64,000 nt of DNA from Lachnospiraceae bacterium (GTDB taxonomy: Bacteria; Bacillota; Clostridia; Lachnospirales; Lachnospiraceae), in the NCBI GenBank assembly GCA_014804795.1, contig JAAUZC010000022.1, positions 2,117 to 66,116 on the forward strand, read 5' to 3'. Numbering within the stretch: the first letter of the stretch is position 1; the number at the start of each line of letters is the position of its first letter. This document shows, in pieces, positions 39,965-48,844 of this stretch. The notes below the pieces were generated by a model that did no database searches, was not told the origin of the DNA, and worked only from the letters and a program-made list of their open reading frames with translations. Both the position numbers and the translations under genes were made by a program.

Positions 39965-40819
39965 TTATGCAATTCGAACGCCGACTACCACAAGCCGCCC
40001 TTCTGCTCCCTGTGACCTGTCACAGGTAGAAAGCGTTACCAGTTCATCACCGTAAACCGGCGTGAGCCCTGTATCATACATGGACATTTCCGCCATTGCC
40101 ACCATATTGGAGTTAAACTCTTCCTCAGAATTGGCGTCAATAAACTGATAATATTTGAAGGCGATCTCATCCTCAGCCAAAATCTGAGCCTGAAAAACAT
40201 AAACAACCTGATAAGTCCCTTTTTCATATATCGTATCAAACTGGAAAGTCTGATGCTCCTGATAAAAGGACTCATCGGTATATTTGTCAAGATGCCCAAA
40301 CATAGCTCCTGATTTCATATGATGCCCGTATATGATCAGATTTGTGGAACGGTCTATCACATCACAATCCTTATCCATGAAAATACATCCGTTTTTATCG
40401 GTATTCTGTCCAAAATCATGTGTCAGATAGTATTCATTGTCCACAGTCTGCATGACCGGGTAATCAATATTTGTATCGGCTATTTTAACCCATCCGATTA
40501 GTTTTTTGTTTCTATTAAATAAACTTTCATATTCAGGAAGAATATCAGGCACTTCCATCTCTTCTGTCCTGTGAATGACGATCTCTTCTTTTTTATCCGG
40601 TATCTTTTTTTGCCCTTCTTCTTTCAATTTGGCCCAGTTTTCACTGTTGGACTGGGTTCTGTGATTCATATAGGTATATACGGAAAAATACCCGAGACAG
40701 CCGCATGACAGTACAACACACAAAGCGATCAACGTTTTCCTTCTCTTTTCGCGCTTCTTCAGTTCCCTTTCTACAGCAGCTCTCAGCTTTTCGTCTTCTA
40801 TATCCTGCAGTCTGCTCAT
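39965..40819 (-). CDS. srtB: Class B sortase
   Basis: N-terminal TM anchor; IGWVKIADTNIDYPVMQ, IYGHHMKSGAMFG, VTLSTC, GRLVV. Confidence 0.9.
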   Translation of the reverse strand: MSRLQDIEDEKLRAAVERELKKREKRRKTLIALCVVLSCGCLGYFSVYTYMNHRTQSNSENWAKLKEEGQKKIPDKKEEIVIHRTEEMEVPDILPEYESLFNRNKKLIGWVKIADTNIDYPVMQTVDNEYYLTHDFGQNTDKNGCIFMDKDCDVIDRSTNLIIYGHHMKSGAMFGHLDKYTDESFYQEHQTFQFDTIYEKGTYQVVYVFQAQILAEDEIAFKYYQFIDANSEEEFNSNMVAMAEMSMYDTGLTPVYGDELVTLSTCDRSQGAEGRLVVVGVRIA

Positions 40820-40930
40820 TTTTGTCTCCTGCCATATTTCTCAGACATAATACTGCTAATATATCCTATTTTACTATATCTTGCATAAAATGCAAGTATT
40901 TTTACCACATCTGGAAAACTAATTCTTTCC

Positions 40931-40960
40931 AGTTCCTGTTTTTATACAAAAACAGGAACT
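40931..40960. terminator. Terminator-like hairpin downstream of the Rpn remnant
   Basis: AGTTCCTGTTTTT-ATAC-AAAAACAGGAACT perfect 13-bp inverted repeat. Confidence 0.6.
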
Positions 40961-41019
40961 ATCCAACATTACGACAATTTTCAAAAAACGCTGCAAAACA
41001 GACGGATGATTGCCTGAGT

Positions 41020-41693
41020 TTACAACGTTTTTGGTATAGTATTTATGTGTTTTTTCTTCTCCTCCTCAACCTCTTTCTGCAGTTCCTCTATCATATAATG
41101 TATTGTATTCCTGTCTAATATCCTCAATGCTTCCGAAAACATGTTTAACACCTCCTCCGGATTCTGCCTCAGCATAGCTATCTCTTTATAGATCTCTTCC
41201 AGCCACGGGTACTCCTGTATCAATTTCTCCGCATCTTCCAGATCTTCCGCAGCCAGCAAAGACAGCCATGCCGTCTGTTCACTCTTTTCTTTAGCATAAG
41301 GGAATCTTCTGAAAACGTCAAGGGTGACCAGACAATATTCCTGCAATAATTCCAGTTTCAGCCCTGTGTTAAAAACTGTTTTTCTTCCCCTTCACCCTTG
41401 CATACTGCCGCATCACAAGGTCTGAGGAATAACAGGACATACGTTCTGCCGGAAAAGCGTAACTCTGCTTCTGTATCTCAATGTTGATCAAAGACCCATC
41501 TTCTACTTCTCCCAATAAATCCATGATCAAGAGCGTATCTCCATCCATCATGCTGTCCTCATTCGGAAGAACACGGACAATCTTTACATCCATCCCCAGC
41601 AGGCTTGATACCAGCCTAGACAACCGGTCCGTATGAATATCGGGATGGAATATCCGCTTAAAAAACGGATCATTTTTCCACTGATTTATTCAT
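41020..41693 (-). pseudogene. Degraded Rpn / PD-(D/E)XK nuclease family (putative transposase) gene
   Basis: Frameshift after ATG 41693; core DPFFKRIFHPD...MDLLGEVEDGSLINIEIQKQSYAFPAERMSCY; then internal deletion/frameshift into KTVFNTGLKLELLQEYC...; C-terminal 108 codons (41020-41346) open. Confidence 0.85.
41023..41348 (-). repeat. Direct repeat copy 1 (326 bp; copy 2 at 52710-53035)
   Basis: Ungapped alignment at offset 11687; 16 substitutions counted by eye. Confidence 0.93.
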
Positions 41694-41750
41694 ATTTATA
41701 ATAGACATTCGCTTATTCTCACATGGAATTATTGTTATATAATTCCCTTT

Positions 41751-42551
41751 TCAAGATCCCAGACCGTTTCCCAGACTTCCTCCTGATAGCAGATATTGCT
41801 TTGCCCTCCTTTGAAGAGAAGTTTTTTCTGCATAGTCTGCCACACAGAAAAACCCTTGCCCAAAGATTCTCCATTCTGCTTCCCGTTCTTTGTAATCCAC
41901 CTTCACTATATCAAACAATTCCTGAAATCGCAGAATGTTGGATTCTTCCGGCAGAATTTCTTTAAGTCCTGAAAACAGAAGCCACGAATGGCAAATATAC
42001 TGCCGTTCTTTTCCAAACCTCCTGTATGCCTCTTCAATAGATTCCAGACATTGATCCCTCTCCAACGGCTCCCCTGCCGGTATATGGATATTGATAACCC
42101 TCTCTCCCTTCCTGATATGAACATTTTCTTCTGCTATCTCCTCCCCCGACTCCATTTCTTCATACTCCAGTCTGCCCAGCCTGAACAGCTTCATCTCTAA
42201 TCCGCGCCAGAACCAATCTTTCACATAGTATCCAAGTCCATATTTCCCTGTATCACGATAATATGTTTCGCACCAGATACTGATATCCCGAAATGTATCA
42301 AAAAAAATCCTGTCCTCAAGCCCCCTTTTTCGATACTCCTCATAAACTTCACAGGCAAACCTGCTGTAATAATATAAAAGCAGCTCTTCCGGTTCCTCCT
42401 GCTTACTTATCTTTTTATAAAATACCTCTCTGTCTTTCCTGAACAGTGCATGCATGGCAGCATAATTATCATCTTCTTTTTCTAACAGACTAAGTATCTC
42501 TGCCGCATCTTTCGGTATACCGATCTCTTTGCACAGTTCAATCAGTTCCAC
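41751..42551 (-). CDS. Acyltransferase-domain protein (N-acyltransferase N-domain + GNAT-like C-domain)
   Basis: FRLGRLEYE, INIHIPAGEPL, CHSWLL, TSLQR motifs. Confidence 0.65.
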   Translation of the reverse strand: MELIELCKEIGIPKDAAEILSLLEKEDDNYAAMHALFRKDREVFYKKISKQEEPEELLLYYYSRFACEVYEEYRKRGLEDRIFFDTFRDISIWCETYYRDTGKYGLGYYVKDWFWRGLEMKLFRLGRLEYEEMESGEEIAEENVHIRKGERVINIHIPAGEPLERDQCLESIEEAYRRFGKERQYICHSWLLFSGLKEILPEESNILRFQELFDIVKVDYKEREAEWRIFGQGFFCVADYAEKTSLQRRAKQYLLSGGSLGNGLGS

Positions 42552-43813
42552 TCTTTTCTCCCCCTGAACTCCCGAAAATCTATAACCTCTGATTTTAACC
42601 TGGACTCTTCCGCCGCCAGAGCCATCAAATGGCTGTCCACGGAAACAGAAACATCCGTCATGCTTACCCCGTTCCCGTCTTTGGCAACCAGCCCGATAAA
42701 CTCCCGCATTATCTCCATATCACTTCCGCAATGTCCGCCCCTTGGCGTATGTACCTTTATATACTCCGAATCCCCTGTCACAAAATCATCTACAACAATC
42801 TCCGCTTTTTCCATATTCCCCCGAATCTGCCCTTTCGTTCCCATAAGCAGTATCTCCCGGAAACATTCCGTTGAAAAAGCAGACATCATGAAATCCGCAC
42901 GCACGCCGTTTTCAAACTCAATATTGACAGTCTGATTATCACAGACATTGTTGTCGCAACGAAAAACACATCTCCCATAAGGCCCTGTCGATAATCGTTT
43001 CAGCACCTTTTTTGCGTTAAACTCCTCACTTACCGCGTAAACCAGATTATCTTCTTCCGCTTTCGGATGTTCCAGATAGAACCTCGGCGCATAATAAGGA
43101 CAGGAATCCGCATGCCTGCAGTTTTCCATGCAATACTCCGGCGCTCCTTCCGGCATATTTTCTTCCCTGAAAAAAGAAAGCGCCCCAAAAGACTGTATCC
43201 TCCGGCAGGGACTTCCCGCCAGCCACAACAGGATATCCATATCATGACAGCATTTTGCCATGATCACAGGACACGCCTCCTCATCATTGCGCCAGTTTCC
43301 TCTTACGAAACTATGGGCAAAATGCCAGAATCCCACATGCTCTGTATGTCTTATATTAATAAGTTTCCCGATTTTTTCTTCCTCTAAAAGGCTTTTAATC
43401 TTCCTGAAAAAAGGAGAATACCTGAGCACATGGCAGACTGATAAGATTCTGTGCCGTTCCAATGCTTCTCTTTCCATCAGCAGCATCTCTTTTCTGTCAG
43501 GAGACATCGGTTTTTCGCATAATACATGGTATCCCTGCCTCAGCGCCATCATCACCGGCCCGAAATGCTGATGATCCGGTGTGCATACAAGCACACAGTC
43601 AGCAAACCGCTCTCTGCCCAGAACCTCTTTGTAATCCTCAAAACAGAATTCTTCCGATATGCCATATTCTTCGGCAAATGCCTTTCTTCTTACCGGATCC
43701 GGCTCCGCCACCGCTTTTATCTGAAACGCCGCCGGATAAGCCGACGCATAAACCGCATATGCCTTCCGTCCCCTTAATCCCGCTCCAATCAAAATTCCTG
43801 TCACCTGATCCAT
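42542..43813 (-). CDS. Gfo/Idh/MocA family oxidoreductase
   Basis: LIGAGLRG, VCTPDHQH, LCEKPM, CHVLRYSPFF, KCCHDMD; start refined to ATG 43813. Confidence 0.9.
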   Translation of the reverse strand: MDQVTGILIGAGLRGRKAYAVYASAYPAAFQIKAVAEPDPVRRKAFAEEYGISEEFCFEDYKEVLGRERFADCVLVCTPDHQHFGPVMMALRQGYHVLCEKPMSPDRKEMLLMEREALERHRILSVCHVLRYSPFFRKIKSLLEEEKIGKLINIRHTEHVGFWHFAHSFVRGNWRNDEEACPVIMAKCCHDMDILLWLAGSPCRRIQSFGALSFFREENMPEGAPEYCMENCRHADSCPYYAPRFYLEHPKAEEDNLVYAVSEEFNAKKVLKRLSTGPYGRCVFRCDNNVCDNQTVNIEFENGVRADFMMSAFSTECFREILLMGTKGQIRGNMEKAEIVVDDFVTGDSEYIKVHTPRGGHCGSDMEIMREFIGLVAKDGNGVSMTDVSVSVDSHLMALAAEESRLKSEVIDFREFRGRKEWN

Positions 43814-43906
43814 ACCTCTTCCCCCTCTCCACATTGCATAACAAAATCATTTAGTTAAAGCCGTAACCAGCCGGAACGGAAATATAACTACATTGATAAC
43901 ATATCC

Positions 43907-45214
43907 TCACTCTTTCATCTGAATCTTCAACACCGTATCCTTTTCATCCGGCAACGGATATGTAAATACCGGATTCTCTCCAAAAGAGACGAATGCCACG
44001 TCCGGATATAAAACCGTATTCCACGCCTCCCCACGGTTCATCTCACTTCCGTCCGCAAGATAGATAACATTCTTAAGCCTTTCCGGCCTGATCCCATAAA
44101 GCGGCAGTGCCCCAAGGGGTTCTTCATACACATGTGCATATATCGTATCCCCTTTCTGTGTATATCTCCCCCATTCAGGCTTGGGCAGCTCAGATATCCC
44201 GCACCCGTAAATGCTTTCATTATTCTTCGCCATCCATATTCCAATTTCCTTTAAGATCTTTACGCTTTCTTCCGGTATATTCCCTCTGGCATCAGGTCCC
44301 ACATTCAAGATCATATTTCCGCCTTTACTCACGCATTCCACCAGTTTACGGATCAGCATCTTTGAAGTCTTATACTCATGGTCAAAATTGCAGTATCCCC
44401 AGTGGTTGTTCATCGTTGCACATAATTCCCAAGGGATCGGTTCCCCTTTGTCATCGCAAACACCTTTCGGCGGGATGATCTGCTCCGGGCTTGCGAAATC
44501 ACCGCTGTAGGGCAGCGGATGTTCTGTTGTGATGCTCCCATGATTGTCCCCGGCTCCCTCCAGCCGATTATCTATGATCACATCCGGCTGATAAGACCGT
44601 ACCATTTCAACCAGTTCCGTGGCCTTCCACTTTTCACCGGCCATATCATCATAGGAAAAATCAAACCACAACAGATCCAGCTTCCCATAGCCTGTCACCA
44701 GTTCTTTCACCTGTCCATGCATATATGCAAGATACCGGTCAAAATCTATTTTCTCCCCCTTATACTCCTCTTTGTTCCTCATCGGATGCTGGCGGTCTCC
44801 GTATTTGGGAAAATCCGGATGATGCCAGTCAATAACGGAATAATACAGTCCAACCTTTAATCCTGCCTCCCTGCAGGCATCCGTAAATTCCCGCACCAGA
44901 TCCTTTCCGGCTTTTGTATTCGTTGATTTATACTCTGTCAGCTTCGAATCAAATAAACAAAAGCCGTCATGATGTTTAGCTGTCAGGACAATATATTTCA
45001 TCCCCGCCTCTTTAGCCAGGCTCACCCACTTTTTCGGATCATAATCATACGGATCAAACTGCTCAAAATAGGTTCGGTATTCCTCTGCCGACATTTCCTT
45101 TTCTGACATCACCCATTCCCCACAGGCCGGAATGGCATAAAGACCCCAGTGAATAAACATCCCGAATCTGGCATCCATAAACCACTTTGTCCGTTCTCTT
45201 ATTTCCTGCTTCAT
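43907..45214 (-). CDS. GH29 alpha-L-fucosidase
   Basis: RFGMFIHWG, TAKHHDGF, GLYYS, LLWFD (nucleophile), NMILNVGPD; no signal peptide. Confidence 0.9.
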   Translation of the reverse strand: MKQEIRERTKWFMDARFGMFIHWGLYAIPACGEWVMSEKEMSAEEYRTYFEQFDPYDYDPKKWVSLAKEAGMKYIVLTAKHHDGFCLFDSKLTEYKSTNTKAGKDLVREFTDACREAGLKVGLYYSVIDWHHPDFPKYGDRQHPMRNKEEYKGEKIDFDRYLAYMHGQVKELVTGYGKLDLLWFDFSYDDMAGEKWKATELVEMVRSYQPDVIIDNRLEGAGDNHGSITTEHPLPYSGDFASPEQIIPPKGVCDDKGEPIPWELCATMNNHWGYCNFDHEYKTSKMLIRKLVECVSKGGNMILNVGPDARGNIPEESVKILKEIGIWMAKNNESIYGCGISELPKPEWGRYTQKGDTIYAHVYEEPLGALPLYGIRPERLKNVIYLADGSEMNRGEAWNTVLYPDVAFVSFGENPVFTYPLPDEKDTVLKIQMKE

Positions 45215-45297
45215 AAACCTTCTCCTCTCAGACTATCAGTTAATCTTAATAATAACATGCTCCGGCATTCGCACAAGCCCCGATATTTTTAACATAT

Positions 45298-46155
45298 CTA
45301 TCCTTTCACTGCACCACCGGACAATGCCTCAATAAAGAATTTACTGAAAATACAATATAACAGAACCGGCGGCAGAATGATGATCACCATAGCCGAAAAC
45401 AATCCGTTATAATTTGTATTAAAAGAAGTCGTAAAAGTGGAAAGCAGTGCCGGAACGGTCAGTTTATTCCGATCGATCAGCACAAGGGATGCCCAGTAAT
45501 ATTCATTCCAGTTATTTAAGAAAGCCAGTACGGCTGCTGTCATGATCCCCGGTCTTGCTATCGGGAAGATAACCTTTACCCATGTCTGCACATATCCGCA
45601 TCCGTCAATCCTCGCTGCCTCTTCCAAATCCCTCGGTATATTATCATAATAATTCTTGATCACGAAAAAGCTTACCGCAATCCCGCTGCAGGAATAGATC
45701 AGGATAAGCGCTGCCCTTGTATCGTATAAATGCAGGTTGTTGATCAGGTTATACACCGGATAAGTCAGGGCTGTTGCCGGAATGAACATCGTGGAATACA
45801 GCATGATATTCACTAACTTTTTCCCCTTGAATTCCATTCTTGCCACCACATAGGCTGACATAGAGATCATTACCACACTGATCAAAACGGATATACCCGC
45901 TATCAGCATGCTGTTTCCGAAATACCGCATCACATGCAGATCACGGAATGTTGAGATATACCCTTCCAGATAGATTGATTCAGGAAGCTGGAACCCCGGC
46001 CTCGCCAGCGGATCTTTTTTCAGGCTGGAGATTCCCAGCCACACCACCGGGACCAGGGATACTATGAGCGCCCATGCCAGACAGATATAAGTAAAAATAC
46101 GGGTTCCCCCGGATATACTTTTTACACTTTTTGTTTTCTTTTTGTCTCTGCTCAC
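45298..46155 (-). CDS. Carbohydrate ABC transporter permease (MalG-like)
   Basis: EAA loop LEEAARIDG, WNEYYW, six TM helices. Confidence 0.92.
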   Translation of the reverse strand: MSRDKKKTKSVKSISGGTRIFTYICLAWALIVSLVPVVWLGISSLKKDPLARPGFQLPESIYLEGYISTFRDLHVMRYFGNSMLIAGISVLISVVMISMSAYVVARMEFKGKKLVNIMLYSTMFIPATALTYPVYNLINNLHLYDTRAALILIYSCSGIAVSFFVIKNYYDNIPRDLEEAARIDGCGYVQTWVKVIFPIARPGIMTAAVLAFLNNWNEYYWASLVLIDRNKLTVPALLSTFTTSFNTNYNGLFSAMVIIILPPVLLYCIFSKFFIEALSGGAVKG

Positions 46156-47120
46156 GATGCCCTACCTCCTCGATTATTTTTCTTTTTGAAAGATACGCCG
46201 TAAAGCAGATTGACCGCCGCAATAATAATCATTCCTGCCAGGATCTGTACCACCGCAACAGAATTGGCTCGGCCGAACTGCGTCCTCGGACTGGTGATCG
46301 CCAGTTCACGGATCACATAACTGATACTGTATGTTCCCGCCGCCCCTTTGGTCAGGAAATATACTTCGTTATACAAAAGGAAACCGGATGTCGCGGCAAG
46401 AACGGAAACGGTTCTTAAAGTTCCCTTGATCATCGGAATCGTAACATACCGGTCCTGTCTCAGTCCGCTGGCCCCGTCCAGCATAGCCGCCTCCCTGATC
46501 TCCTCCGGAACTGCCATGATATTGCCGAGGATCATCAGTGTTGTTGTCCCTGTGAAAAATATGTATGCTGCGGTCATCGCTATAAATGCCGGGCCTTTTA
46601 ACAGCAGGATATTATCTGTAAATTCTTTCTTAAAAATACGGATCACGGGATTAATAATCCCGTAGGAAGGGTTATAAAGCTGCAGGAAGATGATTCCCAT
46701 GGCCGCTGTCGATACCATGTTCGGGATAATGTAGATATTACGGATAATCTTAACGCCTTTCACCTTCCGGGACAGTGCAAGGGCAATAGCTGTTGCGATA
46801 GGTATCTGCAAAACTACCCCCAGCAGTGCCCATACTGCTGAATTTCGAAGTGCCTCCCAGAAATACGGATATGTGTGAAAGATATAGTCGTAGTTATTCC
46901 ACATATCTGCAAATCCAAAAAATTCCGGAGCTGTAATATTCGTATAATCCCATTTGCAGAACGACGTGATAAAAACTGTAATGATCGGATAAAGATAAAA
47001 AATACAGAATGCCGCCATCGTCGGTGCAAGAAACAGGATGATAAATCCCGAACGCCTTCTCCGGAGCCTGCTTTTATTTTTATTGTTTTCTTTTAACTCT
47101 GTCAATATAAACACCCCCAT
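46152..47120 (-). CDS. Carbohydrate ABC transporter permease (MalF-like)
   Basis: EAA loop IREAAMLDGAS; overlaps next gene by 4 nt. Confidence 0.9.
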   Translation of the reverse strand: MGVFILTELKENNKNKSRLRRRRSGFIILFLAPTMAAFCIFYLYPIITVFITSFCKWDYTNITAPEFFGFADMWNNYDYIFHTYPYFWEALRNSAVWALLGVVLQIPIATAIALALSRKVKGVKIIRNIYIIPNMVSTAAMGIIFLQLYNPSYGIINPVIRIFKKEFTDNILLLKGPAFIAMTAAYIFFTGTTTLMILGNIMAVPEEIREAAMLDGASGLRQDRYVTIPMIKGTLRTVSVLAATSGFLLYNEVYFLTKGAAGTYSISYVIRELAITSPRTQFGRANSVAVVQILAGMIIIAAVNLLYGVSFKKKNNRGGRAS

Positions 47121-47128
47121 AACAAGAA

Positions 47129-47152
47129 GGGAAAGGAAACTACTCCTTTCCC
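47129..47152 (-). promoter_or_regulatory. Intercistronic stem-loop after the solute-binding protein gene
   Basis: GGGAAAGGA/TCCTTTCCC inverted repeat; typical mRNA-stabilising or attenuating hairpin of ABC operons (inference). Confidence 0.55.
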
Positions 47153-47168
47153 CTCTATAAAACCCCTG

Positions 47169-48530
47169 TTATCCGATCAAAGCGATCAGTTCTTTCTGAA
47201 GCTGTTCAAACCGTGCATCAATATCTGTCCCGGATACTGCACATTCCATTAAAGCATTGATAATCGCGCTATTTACATCAGCCCCCCAGGAATAGTTCAT
47301 ATCAATTACAACAATGTCTGCACTGTTTACCTGAGAACATGCTTCTGCCAGTTTCATGGTTATGCTGTTGCCGCTGCTCTCCGCAAGCGCATTCAGATCT
47401 ACTGTTACGTTGCACGGATTTGCCTGCACATCCGTAAATATTTTCTCTTGAACTTCCGCGCTTGTCATATACTGAATGAACTCAAGAGCCAATGCCGTTT
47501 TCTCTTCACTCATGCCGTTTGCAATTGCCAGACCACCGCCTGCCGATGCAATAGCAACATTCCCCGGGAAAAGGGCGGGTTCTATCGCGTCTGCAAGTGA
47601 TTCATCAATGCCGCTCGCATTCCACACGCCGTTGAACAATACTCCTACTGTGCCGTTTGTATTAAATTCAGCCATCAGATTTCCGTTGTCCTCTGTTGTA
47701 TGCTCGGAACCGTTTTCCTGATCCAGTTTTGCCACTGTCTTAAAAGCTTCCGCAAATTCTTCTGAATTGATGATATCTACTGTCAATTCGGATTCCAGCA
47801 TTTCTCTTCCCGCTTCTGTGGAAGCCAGAATGGAATTTACCATTTTGCTGGAGCCCTGTCCTGCTATGTATCCATAGCTGCCGTCATTTAACCCCCTGAT
47901 TTTTGCCATTGCCTCACCAAAAGATTCCCAGTCAGTTAATGAATCTGCAGATACACCCGCTTTTTCCAATATATCAGCATTGTACCAGATTCCCCGGCTT
48001 TCAATCTGATCATGTACCAGATAAATATGTCCGTCTACATCATGCTGTGTATAATTTATACCAACTGCATCCTGCAGGCCGTTTTCATCAATATACGGTT
48101 TCAGGTCATAGATAAGCCCCTGCTGTATTGCTGCCAGTGAAGCTCCTGCATTTCCCAGATCCACGATATCCGGGAAATTCCCGCCTGCCACCTGCGCGCT
48201 TACAATTTCATCTCTGTTTTCCACAGCGATCGGTTTAAATATCACATTCCCGTCCGCATGAGCCGCTGCAAATGCATCATAAATATCCCTCATGGCCTGT
48301 GCTGCCGCCCATTCACTCTCATCCTGATAATAGCCATGATAAAATTCCAGCACTTCTTTATCCCCGGAAGCCTCTTCCTGAACCGCTGCCTCCTCTGTGT
48401 CAGTATCCGCATCAGCTTCATTGGTCACATCTGTTTCCGCGCCGGTTTCCACACCGCTGTTCCCGCAGCCCGTCAATGCAGCAACACATAATACAGCAGC
48501 CATAAGAATGCTCACTGTTCTTTTTTTCAT
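47169..48530 (-). CDS. ABC transporter sugar-binding lipoprotein
   Basis: Lipobox ALTGC; FNGVWNAS, ALEFIQYMTS; start refined to ATG 48530. Confidence 0.9.
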   Translation of the reverse strand: MKKRTVSILMAAVLCVAALTGCGNSGVETGAETDVTNEADADTDTEEAAVQEEASGDKEVLEFYHGYYQDESEWAAAQAMRDIYDAFAAAHADGNVIFKPIAVENRDEIVSAQVAGGNFPDIVDLGNAGASLAAIQQGLIYDLKPYIDENGLQDAVGINYTQHDVDGHIYLVHDQIESRGIWYNADILEKAGVSADSLTDWESFGEAMAKIRGLNDGSYGYIAGQGSSKMVNSILASTEAGREMLESELTVDIINSEEFAEAFKTVAKLDQENGSEHTTEDNGNLMAEFNTNGTVGVLFNGVWNASGIDESLADAIEPALFPGNVAIASAGGGLAIANGMSEEKTALALEFIQYMTSAEVQEKIFTDVQANPCNVTVDLNALAESSGNSITMKLAEACSQVNSADIVVIDMNYSWGADVNSAIINALMECAVSGTDIDARFEQLQKELIALIG

Positions 48531-48680
48531 ATCTCTTTCCTCCTTTATTCTGATTCTGCACTGTTTCTTTCTGTGCATTTTTAATATTAACACGATAATT
48601 TTACATTTATATTTGTGCAATTTGAATGAATTCTATTTGTTTTAAGATGCATTGTGTTTACTTTTTCTCTGATTAAAATT

Positions 48681-48750
48681 GTAAAATATTTACTATAAGT
48701 CAATATTTTTTTATTTTATGGTAAAATATTTACCCAAGGTCAATATTTTT
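48681..48750. promoter_or_regulatory. Two 30-bp direct repeats (GTAAAATATTTAC-N5-GTCAATATTTTT), probable regulator binding sites
   Basis: Copies at 48681-48710 and 48721-48750, identical at 25 conserved positions flanking a variable N5; located between regulatory and transport operons. Confidence 0.65.
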
Positions 48751-48844
48751 CACCAAGAAAAATACCGCAAAAGCATTCATTATCAAGTCTGCTTTTACGG
48801 TATTTTGTTCATTATTCCAGTTCCGCAGATATCTGCTGTATTTA

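Noticed and set aside
40880-40896. CTTGCAT-AAA-ATGCAAG palindrome over the srtB -35 region
   Set aside because: A single short palindrome in AT-rich DNA with no second copy or candidate regulator.
41705-41760. Possible 1-bp frameshift at the acyltransferase C-terminus (GLGS* versus GLGILKRELYNNNSM* in another frame)
   Set aside because: Affects only the last few residues and cannot be distinguished from natural variation or sequencing error without homologue alignment.
48681-48750. 30-bp direct repeats as a mini-CRISPR
   Set aside because: Only a 10-bp gap, AT-rich, located in a promoter region; better explained as operator sites.
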